Part shown: positions 22,601 through 33,926 of the stretch, one piece after another
How the letters are laid out: every line of letters starts with the position of its first letter
Numbering within the stretch: the first letter of the stretch is position 1
Source of the DNA: Diplonema japonicum
Lineage: Eukaryota > Protista > Euglenozoa: Diplonemea
DNA: 64,000 nucleotides
Direction: 5' to 3'
Assembly: GCA_964019335.1 (NCBI GenBank)
Contig: OZ025659.1
Coordinates: 757,063 to 821,062 of the forward strand
Notes under the pieces: model-generated
What the model was told of the DNA's origin: nothing
The model's input: the letters and a program-made list of their open reading frames with translations, nothing else
Databases searched by the model: none
Program-made: the position numbers and the translations under genes

Positions 22601-24460
22601 ACAAACGCTAGTATCTCAGTCACGAAGCTGCTGCAAGGCATGCATAAAGACAAGGGGCTCGAACCAGCCCTGGAATGCATCGTGGGTGAAGGCAGTGCAG
22701 CTGAGCTGTTCGCAATTCTGCGTGAGGTCGATCAGAAGCCGAGCAAGCCCAAAGCCGTTGAGAAGGTTGCAGGTAGCGAAGGTGACGAGGCTGTGCCACA
22801 TATCAAAGAAACCATTCACGGCCTGGCGTACTCCGTGGAAGCAGATGAAATGTTCAAATTGGAAGGTGCTCTTGAAAAAGCAGAGAAAAAGATCATCAAC
22901 ACATCAGGGGCTATTATCGTGGGCAGCGAAGTGCAGCTGTTGAACAATAGTAGTATAGGCAGTGGTGAGGTCATCAAGTGCAACAGAGAGTACGTCACAG
23001 TCAGGTTCAGGTCGATGTTAATGAACGCAGAGAGGACGAAGCTCAGGATCGTGCGGAAAAGTGACAGAGTCAAGCTGCTGAATGAGCTTGCATTCATCGA
23101 GTACAACAGAAGTAGTTTGGGCATTAAGAAATCTAGTGGCTGCTTTGTTCTTGGATATGGCCGGAAAGCTACACCACTGATGTACGCGTGCCTGGCCCTT
23201 AGGAAACATGTTGTAGAATGGCTGCTGCTCAACGGGGCCGACCCGAATCTGGGGTGCACACCGAGTGATGGCATCTCGCCTAGATGTCTGTGTAGTACTA
23301 ATCAGAAAGCAGCAGCTGCTGCAGTGGAGACTATCAACCTTGATGCTAGAGAGATCCAGATCAAGGTGACCGATTCTAAAAAGCATGAAAGTGTTTTGAG
23401 CAGCGAAGTCCTTTCTCTGCAGCAGTTGTTGAAGGAGGCACACAACGACAAGAAGCCAAGCAGTACGATAACGGAGTTGGAGAAGAAACTACGGGACAAG
23501 GAAGAGGAGGAGAAGAAAGCGGAGGAAGCGACTAACGCTGTAGAGGAGAAGCACAAGGAGAAGCAAATGTTTGCAGAGCATACTAAGCAAGCTTCTTCTG
23601 CTTATATGAGGTTTGGGAAGATGCTGGCAGGTGACCATAGCACTCACGGGACGGGGCCGCTCCTTAAGACGCGTTTGGAGGAAGGCACGATTAAACTTAC
23701 GACACCGGCTTTCAAAGCACTATGCACAGCGCTGCAAAAGGGCGCGCTTACAGCATTGAATTTGGGTAATATATGTTTTACCACAGAAGAGGTGCACACA
23801 CTCATGGAGAGCGTTCAAGAGAGCGCGCTGCGGGAGCTCAACTTGCGGTCGTGTGGACTGGAGGAGGAGTCGGCGTATGAAATAGCAAAGATGCTGATGA
23901 ACAACAGCAACTTGCGGGGGCTGTACTTATGGAACAACAATCTTAAGGGTGGGGGAACGGCCATTGTTGAGGCACTGGGCATACGGGGAACACTGCGGCA
24001 TCTTGACCTGACACTGACAGGAATGACAAAGGAGGAGTGCAGGGAGGCAGCTGCCATTTGCGCAGACAGAGACGTGACTCTGTTTGTCGACAAGATCCCC
24101 ATGACATCAAGACAACGAGTTAAAAAGGCATCATTCGAAGAAGTCATGGAAGCAATGGGAAGTAAAAAAGAAGCGTTGCAAACAGCTATAGATCAGAAAG
24201 CCAAGCAAGGGGAAAGTAACGGTGAAGAAAAGGCAGTTGACAGCGAGGAAAAAGAAAAGGAGCAAAAAAGCAAGGAAGATGCAAAAAAAGAAACAGCTGA
24301 AAAGGAAGAGCTGTCGAAAAGTACCAATCAACTAGCGCAAGAGAAAAAAGAGCGCGAAGAACAGGAAAAAGAAGAGAACGAGAAAAAAGCTCAAGAACAG
24401 GAGGAGAAAGAAAAGTACTTAGAAATGCAAAAGCAGAAGCAACGTGAAGAAGTGGTTTAG
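19637..24460 (+). CDS. Large multidomain protein: ubiquitin-like + degenerate PPP phosphatase + ankyrin + LRR + coiled coil
   Basis: Ubl (WNGTELKDDENTLKEKGI); IVGDLKGD, YLFNG, VVHSG, MIRSH, SVWSAPD; ankyrin TPLMYAC..LLLNGADPN; RI-type LRRs. Confidence 0.8.
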   Translation: MSDSDSYSDNYSDDFDDTSSGTRSVTTSKARVTVLTVSGGHHFALRIDDKVRILRKCLEEKVGSLDGYKVLWNGTELKDDENTLKEKGIGDRSVLSLETINDTPPIIPGATSLLFVILGAVVMNQKKRNETPEGRKVTSFMQRLTARRKLEMLAFRKVVAWEMHMHRRTARVDVGERVLTSVGVSFKELQELFVQLGRGKCPSREMFTRLMHTATERIVRSFPSCVKVTIDEQRLVIVGDLKGDIEALERILSSTGKDNTVYLFNGSLTAANSLEVALRVLCLHLLAPNHVLITRSCADDHGADALRSAVHYGSDAVCDMIRCLRAFPLMYIVNSKAVVVHSGLPVEKINLYSNLEEHSNAVMQNEPRDMLVGSTVTEATQCGTCGDVYGARHTQSFLSDHNLSFMIRSHTVSTAEGYDLRHNQLVHSVWSAPDHVPGVGGSYLTVSPDLKVRQVLLTKGTPLSYRAMREHSLSIMSHATVGCRPVTLTALRSDWVAVLQQQVTRHIPWRLLWRDVIEGSTVGDFNVVAPSSYNCHLRMEATWVQDWGAEVHPLLSTLHTVEPSKENGLTVANDLIEAAPHLPTEAICYYTLYMKQRPNECDTASAVFVALWNLYRSNKLMWDTLEHLATPVVSCDEFVAFAVQHCKLRGRSMKKRQQVALWQKAVGSLVTTRGVEWYTVQSIVLEIDKVLTETPCKMAVLFGLVCRNAEALVANILLDATTNSTIRMAGFIKACMYVLGVEHHAGYLNLWHLMAADKDTIPAAALVRFFDVTPAVQTPSLVFRREWKILPLPTTLVAVGVSAVCLVAACSTTAFATELDKLAQKMKARSTSSAKSASDVLLIHGVHEWRPLTRKLSLGEYSFECKAGTCIAKRVNRITEFSSLKLVPVSQGCTIRVTCKATNKRELLSVPSHPTCVASVLRLWTFLDSNKIPHNIGLQFVTPLGAIASNSSACEPYNISLASMKKALHTCLLLLKNRYGTLKAAWKETNASISVTKLLQGMHKDKGLEPALECIVGEGSAAELFAILREVDQKPSKPKAVEKVAGSEGDEAVPHIKETIHGLAYSVEADEMFKLEGALEKAEKKIINTSGAIIVGSEVQLLNNSSIGSGEVIKCNREYVTVRFRSMLMNAERTKLRIVRKSDRVKLLNELAFIEYNRSSLGIKKSSGCFVLGYGRKATPLMYACLALRKHVVEWLLLNGADPNLGCTPSDGISPRCLCSTNQKAAAAAVETINLDAREIQIKVTDSKKHESVLSSEVLSLQQLLKEAHNDKKPSSTITELEKKLRDKEEEEKKAEEATNAVEEKHKEKQMFAEHTKQASSAYMRFGKMLAGDHSTHGTGPLLKTRLEEGTIKLTTPAFKALCTALQKGALTALNLGNICFTTEEVHTLMESVQESALRELNLRSCGLEEESAYEIAKMLMNNSNLRGLYLWNNNLKGGGTAIVEALGIRGTLRHLDLTLTGMTKEECREAAAICADRDVTLFVDKIPMTSRQRVKKASFEEVMEAMGSKKEALQTAIDQKAKQGESNGEEKAVDSEEKEKEQKSKEDAKKETAEKEELSKSTNQLAQEKKEREEQEKEENEKKAQEQEEKEKYLEMQKQKQREEVV

Positions 24461-24559
24461 ATTAGATTTTCTTATTTTCTTTAGTATTGAAACACTTCTC
24501 GAATACACATGCTTTGCTACCCTTCACTCAGGTGTTCTACTTTCCGTTTAGTATCCGAC

Positions 24560-25025
24560 ATGGCTGACGAGGACATTGTTCAGGAGATTGAGGAGACTCC
24601 CGTCGAAGTGGAGGACGATGCTGAACCGGAAGATATGAATGCTGCTCTCCAGCAAGTGCTCAAGCGTGCCCGCTTCCACAAGGGGCTTTGCCGTGGTCTT
24701 CACGAGACTGTGAAGGCTCTTGACAAGCGTGTTGCCCATCTGTGTGTCCTTGCCGAGGACTGCAATGAGGGTGCGTACACCGCACTCATTGAGGCCCTCT
24801 GCACCGAGCACGGGATTGACCTTATCAAGGTATGTTAACGAAAATCACCATCATTTTTTACAGGTTCCCGAGAAGAAGAAGCTTGGTGAGTGGGTTGGTC
24901 TTGCAAAGTACGACCAGGCGGCTAACATCAAGAAGGTCATCGGTGCGTCGTGCGTTGCTGTCACTGACTACGGTGAGAAGTCCAAGGCCTTGGACATGAT
25001 TTTGAGTCACTTCGGGCGAAACTAA
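24560..25025 (+). CDS. RPS12: 40S ribosomal protein S12 (eS12), copy 1; intron 24830-24863
   Basis: [15 protein letters not shown]...LGEWVGL; 34-nt GTATG..CAG intron. Confidence 0.96.
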
Positions 25026-25129
25026 AGTACCTAAATAAATGAGTTTTACCAGTGTCATCATTTATTTCCGCGCTAGTTTCGCACTTTCGCACCTCCTTAC
25101 AGGTCTTATTTTCTGTTTTAGTATCCGAC

Positions 25130-25600
25130 ATGGCTGACGAGGACATTGTTCAGGAGATTGAGGAGACTCCCGTCGAAGTGGAGGACGATGCTGAACCGGA
25201 AGATATGAATGCTGCTCTCCAGCAGGTGCTCAAGCGTGCCCGCTTCCACAAGGGGCTTTGCCGTGGTCTTCACGAGACTGTGAAGGCTCTTGACAAGCGT
25301 GTTGCCCATCTGTGTGTCCTTGCCGAGGACTGCAATGAGGGTGCGTACACCGCACTCATTGAGGCCCTCTGCACCGAGCACGGGATTGACCTTATCAAGG
25401 TATGAAAATAGAAAAGCCAACAACATCAAACACTTCAGGTTCCCGAGAAGAAGAAGCTCGGTGAGTGGGTTGGTCTTGCAAAGTACGACCAGGCGGCTAA
25501 CATCAAGAAGGTCATCGGTGCGTCGTGCGTTGCTGTCACTGACTACGGTGAGAAGTCCAAGGCCTTGGACATGATCTTGAGTCACTTCGGGCGCAGTTAG
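25130..25600 (+). CDS. RPS12: 40S ribosomal protein S12 (eS12), copy 2; intron 25400-25438
   Basis: Near-identical exons to copy 1; 39-nt intron at the same position. Confidence 0.96.
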
Positions 25601-25669
25601 ATTGTGTCAACGTTTTTAACACATACAGTACGACAAGTAACAATCATTAACAGGTTGGCTTCTGCAAAA

Positions 25670-26959
25670 ATGGAAAGAAATCTTGTACTAACAATGCTGG
25701 GGTGCAGTGTGGCTGTGGTACTTGTGATACTCGGTTTTGAACATCACTTGGGTACGGGCACTGGTGCGGGTGCTGGTGCTGAGGCTGGGGTTGCTGCTGG
25801 CGTGGTTAAGCTGCAAGCGAATCCTGCGACACGAGTAGTGCTCACATTACCCCAAACGCTCCTATCGGGGACAGTCATGCTCTTCGCGGCAGGCATCTCA
25901 TGGGTAATGGGACTGGGGCTTACAAATATGCTGCTGGTGGCATACGCAAGGACTGCAGTGCAGCTTGCGCTACTGGGTCTTTTCCTGACGCCCATTCTGT
26001 TGTCAAACTCCCTCCTTGTTGTTCTTCTTGTTATGACTCTGATGGTTTTCATCGCCTCGATGGAAGTCAAGGCAAGGATGCTGTTTTCTTACGAAGGCCT
26101 CACTGGAGTGATTGCCATGGCTCTAGGTGTTGGTGTGGGTCTAAACATGATAATGTGTTTGTATTTCGTGCAGCCAGACCCGATATGGTCACCCATCTAT
26201 TCCATCCCGATGTGGGGCATGACGTTGGGAAACGCGCTGTCAGCGGTGACCTTGGGAACGGGAAATGTACTGGAGGGCTTGGCTGGGGGTGAGCTCAAGA
26301 ATGTGGAGACGATTCTGTGTCACGGTGGGACCAGGTGGGAGGCAATGCGCCCCCTTATTTCTGAAGCGCTCCGCAAGGGTCTCATTCCGTGCATAAACCA
26401 AATGAATGTGATAGGGCTTGTGTACCTTCCTGGGATGATGACGGGTCAGCTGCTCGGAGGTTCCTCCGCAACGCAGGCGTGTTACTACCAGATGCTCATC
26501 ATGTTCATGATTGCCAGCAGCACTGCATGCTCGCTGTTTCTCTCTCTTATGGGGTCCTGCTACATGTTATCAGACGACAAGCACCGCATCTTGTCTCATC
26601 TTCTCACACAGAAAGCGCAGGGAGGTGACCCGTTATCAAGGCTTTTCGAGACTGTGAAAAGCTGTTTCGTGTCGCTGGGTACCTTCCCATTCTTCCTCGT
26701 CCTTTCTCTTTCCGTAAGTGTGGTATGCAAACAAGACATAAATTACTATAAAACAGGTTTCTTTGTTTTTTCAAATGTTGGGCATTTTCCCTGAGCTGCC
26801 TCTAACACACATAATCACTTTTTCATTAGTATGCTCAACATCATTGTCTTGCTACAAACACCACAGCTCGCTGCCGTTGTCATTGCCCCTCTCATGCTCG
26901 TATTCGCTTTACGCAAGAGAGGAAGAGAGAGCGCGGAAGAGGATCCTTTGTTGGGGTGA
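25670..26959 (+). CDS. UPF0014/FetB(YbbM)/STAR2-like ABC permease; introns 26723-26756 and 26829-26866
   Basis: RTAVQL, IPMWGMTLGN, IGLVYLPGMMTGQLLGG and YQMLIMF motifs. Confidence 0.85.
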
Positions 26960-27048
26960 CCTACCTGCAAGATACCTAAACGTTCGGCTCTTTTTACTGT
27001 AGTTTATTTTCTATTTTCTGTGTTATTAGTCAAACAGATTAACGAAAC

Positions 27049-28908
27049 ATGGCACGAAAGCTTCTCTTAAGCGGCATTGGGTGCGGGCTAGTTACCGCAG
27101 GTCTAACGCGTCGGGAGCCACTACACGTGTACTATAAGGGAGAGGCATACGATGTGTCTGGGTTCGTTGACATGCACCCAGGGGGGAAGGACCTGCTGCT
27201 CGGAGCAGTCGGGAAGGACCTGGAAACCTTTTTCAGGTACTACACCATCCACAACAACAACCCAAGGGTTGATGCATACTTGGAAGGCCTGAAGGACGAT
27301 CGGGTGAGCGGCAGACAGGTCACTCAGCGCGACGACGTGGTGTGCAGCAACCAGAACTGGTTCAAAAGGTACATCAATGTTCTCTGCGTTGTGTTGACGC
27401 TGCCGTTGTGGCTGCTGCTGCGGACTGTATTCAGATCGTCTAGCGCCCTTTGCAGCTTGCCTGTGGCTGTGGGGCACACTGAGGATGAGGGTGCCAAACA
27501 AATTGCCATTATCGGAGGTGGTATTGCTGGCTGTGGTGCTGCGTACGCTTTGAAGAAAGCAGGACATGAGGTGACGATCTACGAGTCCAGGGAAAAGCTA
27601 GGGGGCAACGCCACTACCTTCACATGGTCGCTAGGCAACAATAAGTACGTCAACACAGGGCTTGCGGTCCTTGCGTGGCCCGTTAAGTACTTCAAAAACT
27701 ACACGACCCTACTGGGGGAGCTGTCAATCGACACGGTTGACGTTGAACTCCCCTTTTTCATCCGCAGCAGAGTGCCAGGATGTGAGGGTGACTTCGCACA
27801 GGCGGACACTGTCCCTGCTTCCGAGTCGTTGCACATTAGATTCGAGGACGATTTCAAGAAGTGGGATAAAGCGGTGGAATTTGTGAGGAGCATGAACCAG
27901 TTCTTTTGCAGAAGCGAGGAGCCTTCCCTCTACCACTCGTCGTACTTCAACCCCCTCAACCTGGTCTCGCTGAAGAGGCTGCTTGCCTGCTACGGATGCA
28001 GCCAGGAATTCTGGGACGTGATTGTCGTGTCGCAGTACGGCAGCAGCTTTCTAACGAATAAGATTGAAGGTGTGTTATGCCCGGTGTTGCCAATCTTGGA
28101 TGACATGATACCTTTGAACAGGGTACCCGGCCACGAGGGCGCTGTCATGCAGTCTTGGAAGCACACTTCCGAAGCTGTGTTTGATAAGATGACACATGGC
28201 TGTAAGGTGCACTGCTCGTCCAGGGTGCTCTCAGTGACGCCTTACGATGAGAACAGTGCACACAAACAAGAAGTAGTGACCCAAGAAGGCAAGGTCAGCT
28301 CATATGACAATGTTGTGTTTGCCTGCAACGCCAGTGCTGTGGCGAACATACTAAAGGGCAGCAGCTGGGTTGAGAACGCACTGTTGAGGGGCGTGTCTTA
28401 CACGGACGACAGCGACGTGGCGTGGATGACCGGCCACATGCACCAGGATACTTCCCTGCTGCCTGAGAGATACGCAACGAGGCTTGCTAATAATTATGCG
28501 AATTACATTCATGTGACAGGCGAACACGAGAAGTCTTACGAGCAACATTTTATTATCGGATCGTGGTACGCCACAAACCAGGTGTATGGTGATGAAAAGC
28601 AGCCTCTGTTTGTGTCACACGGGATAAGTGCTGACAGGATGCCACAGGCAGACAAGCTGCAAGGTTCAATCACACATGCACGTGCACACCCCGACCTTAA
28701 CCTCCCCAACCTTGTCATAAGCCAGCTGCTCCACTTGGTCCAAGGCAGGCGGGGTGTATATTACTGTAGCAGTTATACAACACCCGGCAACGGTCACGAT
28801 TTGTCCCTTCTGTCGGGATTCATCGCTGCCAGCAGGTTGGGAGCACCCTACCCGTTCGGCGATGGTCCTGCATGCGAGGACTTCAAACGTCTTCGGAGAT
28901 TAATGTGA
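27049..28908 (+). CDS. Cytochrome b5 + FAD-dependent oxidoreductase (amine oxidase/COG2907-like)
   Basis: YDVSGFVDMHPGG; IAIIGGGIAG and LGGNA; C-terminal QGRRGVYYC...GNGHDLSLLSG. Confidence 0.82.
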   Translation: MARKLLLSGIGCGLVTAGLTRREPLHVYYKGEAYDVSGFVDMHPGGKDLLLGAVGKDLETFFRYYTIHNNNPRVDAYLEGLKDDRVSGRQVTQRDDVVCSNQNWFKRYINVLCVVLTLPLWLLLRTVFRSSSALCSLPVAVGHTEDEGAKQIAIIGGGIAGCGAAYALKKAGHEVTIYESREKLGGNATTFTWSLGNNKYVNTGLAVLAWPVKYFKNYTTLLGELSIDTVDVELPFFIRSRVPGCEGDFAQADTVPASESLHIRFEDDFKKWDKAVEFVRSMNQFFCRSEEPSLYHSSYFNPLNLVSLKRLLACYGCSQEFWDVIVVSQYGSSFLTNKIEGVLCPVLPILDDMIPLNRVPGHEGAVMQSWKHTSEAVFDKMTHGCKVHCSSRVLSVTPYDENSAHKQEVVTQEGKVSSYDNVVFACNASAVANILKGSSWVENALLRGVSYTDDSDVAWMTGHMHQDTSLLPERYATRLANNYANYIHVTGEHEKSYEQHFIIGSWYATNQVYGDEKQPLFVSHGISADRMPQADKLQGSITHARAHPDLNLPNLVISQLLHLVQGRRGVYYCSSYTTPGNGHDLSLLSGFIAASRLGAPYPFGDGPACEDFKRLRRLM

Positions 28909-29046
28909 TCTCCGATTATCTATCTCATTGGTTTCAACCAGTAATCAATAGGTGCACACGCATATTCTTTCCGGTTGTTCCGGTCATAAGTCCGTGTAAC
29001 TAAGATCATTGATCACAGTATCACTTTAACATTTTCCACAGGTAAC

Positions 29047-29923
29047 ATGAAGAGTGTGAACGTGCTACTAAGGCAGAAGAGGTGGTACAATAGCTATGAC
29101 ATGCCCGCGTCGGGTGGCTACTATGGCAAGGGGAGCGCACCACCGGGGTGGGACACCAGCAAAGCAGCACAATACGATGATAACGTGAGGGAGATGAAGG
29201 AGAACCAGCGCTTGAAAGTCACAAAGGGCTACGACATGAGCCCTAGGGGTTCTGACAAGGAGCACCTGGCAGGGACACCTGTCTTCAAAATGAAAATATC
29301 AAGAAAGACTCAGGAAGAGATCGACAGGGAGAACGAAGGTTCACAAGGGGTCGTCGCAGACCTGACCGATAAGCAGCGTGAGAACATGAGGAAAAGACGT
29401 AACCGGAAGGCCTTCTGGGCAGATCTGATGCAGAGTATAAAATTAAACTCGAAGTACGTGAACAAAGGGAGGTCGAACATAGGGTTCCTCAACTTCGGAG
29501 ATAACAATATCGGTGTTTTGAACTTCGGCGATGGCAGCAAAGGCTTCATGACGAAGGGCGACTACAACAACGGGGCCTTCCTTAATGGGGCAGACAATAT
29601 TGGGGTCTGTATTTGGGGAAATGGCAACATCGGTGCGTTTATTTACGGCAATCAGAACAGAGGTTTGGATATTTGGGGAGACAAGGAGCGAGGTTGGTTG
29701 AAAACATCCCAGCACCTGATGAAGATACGGTATGTACATATGCCAATTATGACTCTCGCACAGGATGCGTGTCATCTACGCTGTGTTCTTACTGATAGTG
29801 CTGTACGTTCCCATCGCTTACAACAACATGAAGCGCCGTGAGAGAACGCGTTGGTTGAAGGCAATGGATATAGAGGTGAATGAAGAGAATATCGACAAGA
29901 TGATGACAAAGAAGAGTTGGTAG
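29047..29923 (+). CDS. Probable mitochondrial single-TM protein with N-x-G pentapeptide repeats; intron 29730-29763
   Basis: Presequence-like MKSVNVLLRQKRWY; repeats NIGFLNFGDNNIGVLNFGD...; spliced last exon encodes TM VIYAVFLLIVLYVPIAY. Confidence 0.7.
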
Positions 29924-29979
29924 TCGCTTCCCGTCTTGCTTGATGCTGGTTTGTATGTCAGTTATCACAGGTGGTTAAA

Positions 29980-31583
29980 ATGTGCGATTTGGACCACACT
30001 TATGACAGATTCTACGACACGATCTCGACAGTAGAAGGCCATAAGTACAAAGGGCAGCTCATCGATGCTGTGGGTAAGACATGGGTGATGGACGGGAAGG
30101 GTACCATGAGTTACACCAACAGTGACTTGTACGAAGGTGAATGGAAGAATGGCATAAAGGAAGGGACAGGTGTCATGCACTACACAGACGGTAGTATCTA
30201 TGAAGGGGAATGGTGCGGCAACGAGCCCAATGGCTGCGGTACGTTGACTTTGGAGAACAATGACATCTACGAAGGTGCATTCGTGAGCGGGAAGAGACAC
30301 GGCATGGGAACAGAGGTGATCAAGTCGACAGGTGAGAGGTATGTGGGCTCGTTCCGCAACAATAAACGTGAGGGACGAGGCATCTTAGAGATGAACAACG
30401 GTGTGAAGTACGAAGGCACTTTCCACAACAGTGTCATACAAGGCACAGGAACCATGACTTTCCCAAACAAGGACAGCTACACAGGATCCTTCGAGAACGG
30501 CACTATGCACGGCAATGGTATCTATGCCTTTGCGAACGGCGACCAATATGAAGGGGTTTACAAGCATGGCAAGCGTGTGGGCGGCACTCTCGTACAAAAT
30601 GACGGTAAGACTTTCGACGCCGAGTTCGGCCCTTCTGGCGAGTTGTCGAAGCTCCGTTCGCATGGTGAAGATTGCATCGAAGTAGAGCACAGCAGCATTG
30701 TTTCGCCTTCTAAGAACGCCAGTTCATGGAAGGAAGGCAGGGGGTCCATCGTATATAGCAACAGTGACAAGTACACAGGTGAGTTTGTACAAAACAAACG
30801 CAGTGGCATTGGTGTAATGCAGTACAAGAATGGTGACCAATATGAAGGCGGGTGGTTGGAAGACCAGCAGCACGGCAGGGGGAGGATGACATGGCATGAG
30901 ATGGGCCCTCCAAACATAGGAGGCTGGCGGTACGATGGCGAGTGGTGCCACGGGGAGCCCAATGGGCACGGAACGCTTATTATGGACTTAGAGGGCAGCA
31001 AGTATGAGGGCTGCTGGGTTGCAGGGGTGCGAAGTGGATTGGGCATTGAAGTGAAGCCGGACTACACTTATGAAGGGGAATTCATCGGGAATAACATGAA
31101 CGGGAAAGGAAAGCTGACAACGGCTGATGGCGACATCTACATCGGCACTTTCAAGGAGGGGAAGCTGACGGACCCTAGTGCTAAGATCATCTGTAGCAAC
31201 GGCGACGTGTACGTTGGCAGTGTGGTTGAGAACGTGATCGAGGGTGAGGGGGTCCTGAACTATATTAACAATGACAAATACGAAGGCGAGTTTAAGAAAG
31301 GCGTAAAGTGGGGGAGTGGCATGATGACCTACAGTAATGGTGACAGCTACGAGGGCCTGTGGGTTGAGGACAGCATGCATGGGCACGGTCTCTTCTGCTA
31401 CAAGGACAATGGCATCTACGAGGGCAGCTTTAGGGAGAATTCCAAACACGGAAGAGGTATATCTACACTCACTAGTACCTTGCCACAGGCACTTGGAGGG
31501 ACGAGACAGGATGCAAGTACGCTGTCACCTTTAAGGACAACGAGTTAGTATGTAGGGAAAAGGTCGCAACACCGAGCCACTAG
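29980..31583 (+). CDS. MORN-repeat protein; intron 31457-31488
   Basis: Numerous YEGEWxxGxxxGxG repeats. Confidence 0.92.
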
Positions 31584-31693
31584 TGGCATCGCTTTAAACT
31601 TAAGTTATGATTAACATCTAACATAATATCACCATTCTTTTTTTTCTTCCACTTTCACCTGTTTAGTTGCACGCATTTCTAGTAATCAATAAA

Positions 31694-33425
31694 ATGGCGT
31701 TCGCACTGCCTGTTATGAGCGAGAACCCCGGATGGGGTCCACCGAAGACGGATGACGGTCTCAGCTTTGACATCCCTTACCAGCACTTCTTCAAGGGAGA
31801 CAGGATCTCCAAGATCGCCGACTGGATCAGTGACAACAGGGGTAGGGGCAGGGGTGGCCGTTCCAGGTACTGGAATGGCGAGGGTGTCGATGAAGAGGAG
31901 AAGAACTGGACTACGGCTGACTACACGAAGAACACAAGGAACATGAGGCCGTGGTACCGTGGAGGAAAGGGCCGTGGTAGGGGCAACAACATGCAGAACA
32001 GGGGTGGCCCCAGGAGGACTGGTGGCAGAGGTCAGGGTGCTGTTGGCAAGCCTAAGAAGAAGGAGCTCAGGGACATGGGTTTCAACAGGGCCAGGAGGGA
32101 CCTGAACCTCAAGGCTTCTACTGAGGTGAAGCAATCCTGGGTGATGAAGACCGCCATTAACATTTCTGACCTCAGCAAGTGCTTGACAATCCCCGACCAC
32201 CCCACTCCCCTGCCTACTGACCTTGCGGTATGCTTATAAGAATGAATGTAACACTACTATACAGTGCCAAGGCGAAGCGCTCTTCTATAATGATAAGTTG
32301 GAGAAAATGGCGGCAGCCAAGTCCCCTCTCCCTATTGTTGAGCAGAACAGGGCCATGGAGGAGGGCCCTTTGATCAACGCCGAGGCAACCAGGACCTTCC
32401 TTAGGGACAAGCAGAAGATGGATGGTAAGATCAAGGTGGTTGCTTCCGATAAGGCGCTCGCCACGCTAATGGCCGCACCGAAGGCCACGATCGCCTGGGA
32501 CATACGCATCGAGCGTGTTGGCGATATCTACTTCATTGACTGGGATCCTGAGTCCGACGGCAAGAAGTGGACTGTCAACGAGACCTCAACGGAACCGCCT
32601 CCTCTTGAAGCCACAGATGAGAACAAGCTCAACTCGCAGCCGCACCTTATGAACGAGCTCAGCAAGATGAGCATGAACTTCTCCCAGCAGGTTCTTGACA
32701 GAAAGAAGGGTACCGTAAAGGGTAAGAACTATGTTCAGGCACCTGTGCCGGAGCACCTTGAAGGGAAGGACCAGCCTGCCAGTTTGGTGTACAAGTGGAG
32801 AACGTGGAAGATCAAGACCGCCTTCCCCAAGGACCCGGACACGCACATCTCGTTGATTTCCAGGACGCACGTCGACGGGTTCGTCACCAACGCAAAGTCG
32901 TTCCGTGCCTTTACCACTCTCGACCCCACTGGCAACACCTACAAGACCCTCCCCAACCAAGAGGGTGCTATTACCGCCGCTGAGATCAAGAACAACTGCT
33001 GCAGGCTGGTGAAGCAGGTCGCCGTGTCTATGCTCGCAGGTGCCGACCACATGAAGCTCGGTTTCTGTACCAGGAAGAAGGCCTCCGACAACACCTCCCA
33101 TCAGATCGTGCACATCGCCTCGCACGAACCCAAGGTGTTCGCGAAGTCCATCAACTTGACCCAGAGGGGCTTCTGGAACGTCCTCATCAAGATCTTGCAA
33201 GAGCTTTTTACCTGCAAGAGCACTGAAACAAAGCAGAGGTTCGTTCTCATGAAAGACCCTACCAAGCCCCAGCTCAAGGTATGTTGGTAATCATATTTTC
33301 ATGTCACGCAGATTTATGACACCACTGGCGATGTTAGCGACGATGAGTCCAGCGAGGATGACGAGGATGAGGAATCGGAGAGTGACTCGGACTCGGACTC
33401 CGACTCTTCCTCTTCGTCGGACTAG
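31694..33425 (+). CDS. EIF3D: Translation initiation factor eIF3 subunit D; introns 32228-32264 and 33279-33311
   Basis: NPGWGP, IPYQHFFKGDRISKIADW, TVNET, AEIKNN and LAGADHMKLGF motifs; acidic tail. Confidence 0.9.
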
Positions 33426-33926
33426 AAGTTAAATTCCCGATCATCCCTCCCCTTTGCTTTTGGGTTTTTTTAATGTCATGCTTTTTATCAACACGTAGTA
33501 TTTATTTTAAACCCCCCCCCCATTTCTCTTTCCCCTCTTTTTGTCCACCCCCGCCCAACCCACCATCCCCATTTCCACTGGTTCGCACCCGCCGACGGGA
33601 CTCTTTTTAAATCAACTCATTTGCTTTCAGTACGGCAGCTTAAAGCAAAAGTGTAGCGAGCCGGCTATTGGTTTTCAAGAGATTATTTTCCCCTGAGGTT
33701 AGATAAGTAAACAAATATGTTTGGCTTGCCTCGTGAGCTGATTTAATTGGGCCTAGACTTGGCGCTGTGATGCTGCTTTGAGTCCAGGTTCCGAAGGGGT
33801 CTTGCGAATGAGGCATGCTATGTTTTTAAACATTTTTACAACTCAGGTTTGCTTGTGTTTTTTTCTTATTCTTTTCCGTATCTTTTCACAACGTCACCTC
33901 CTTACGTTTAAATCATTCGCAGCACA

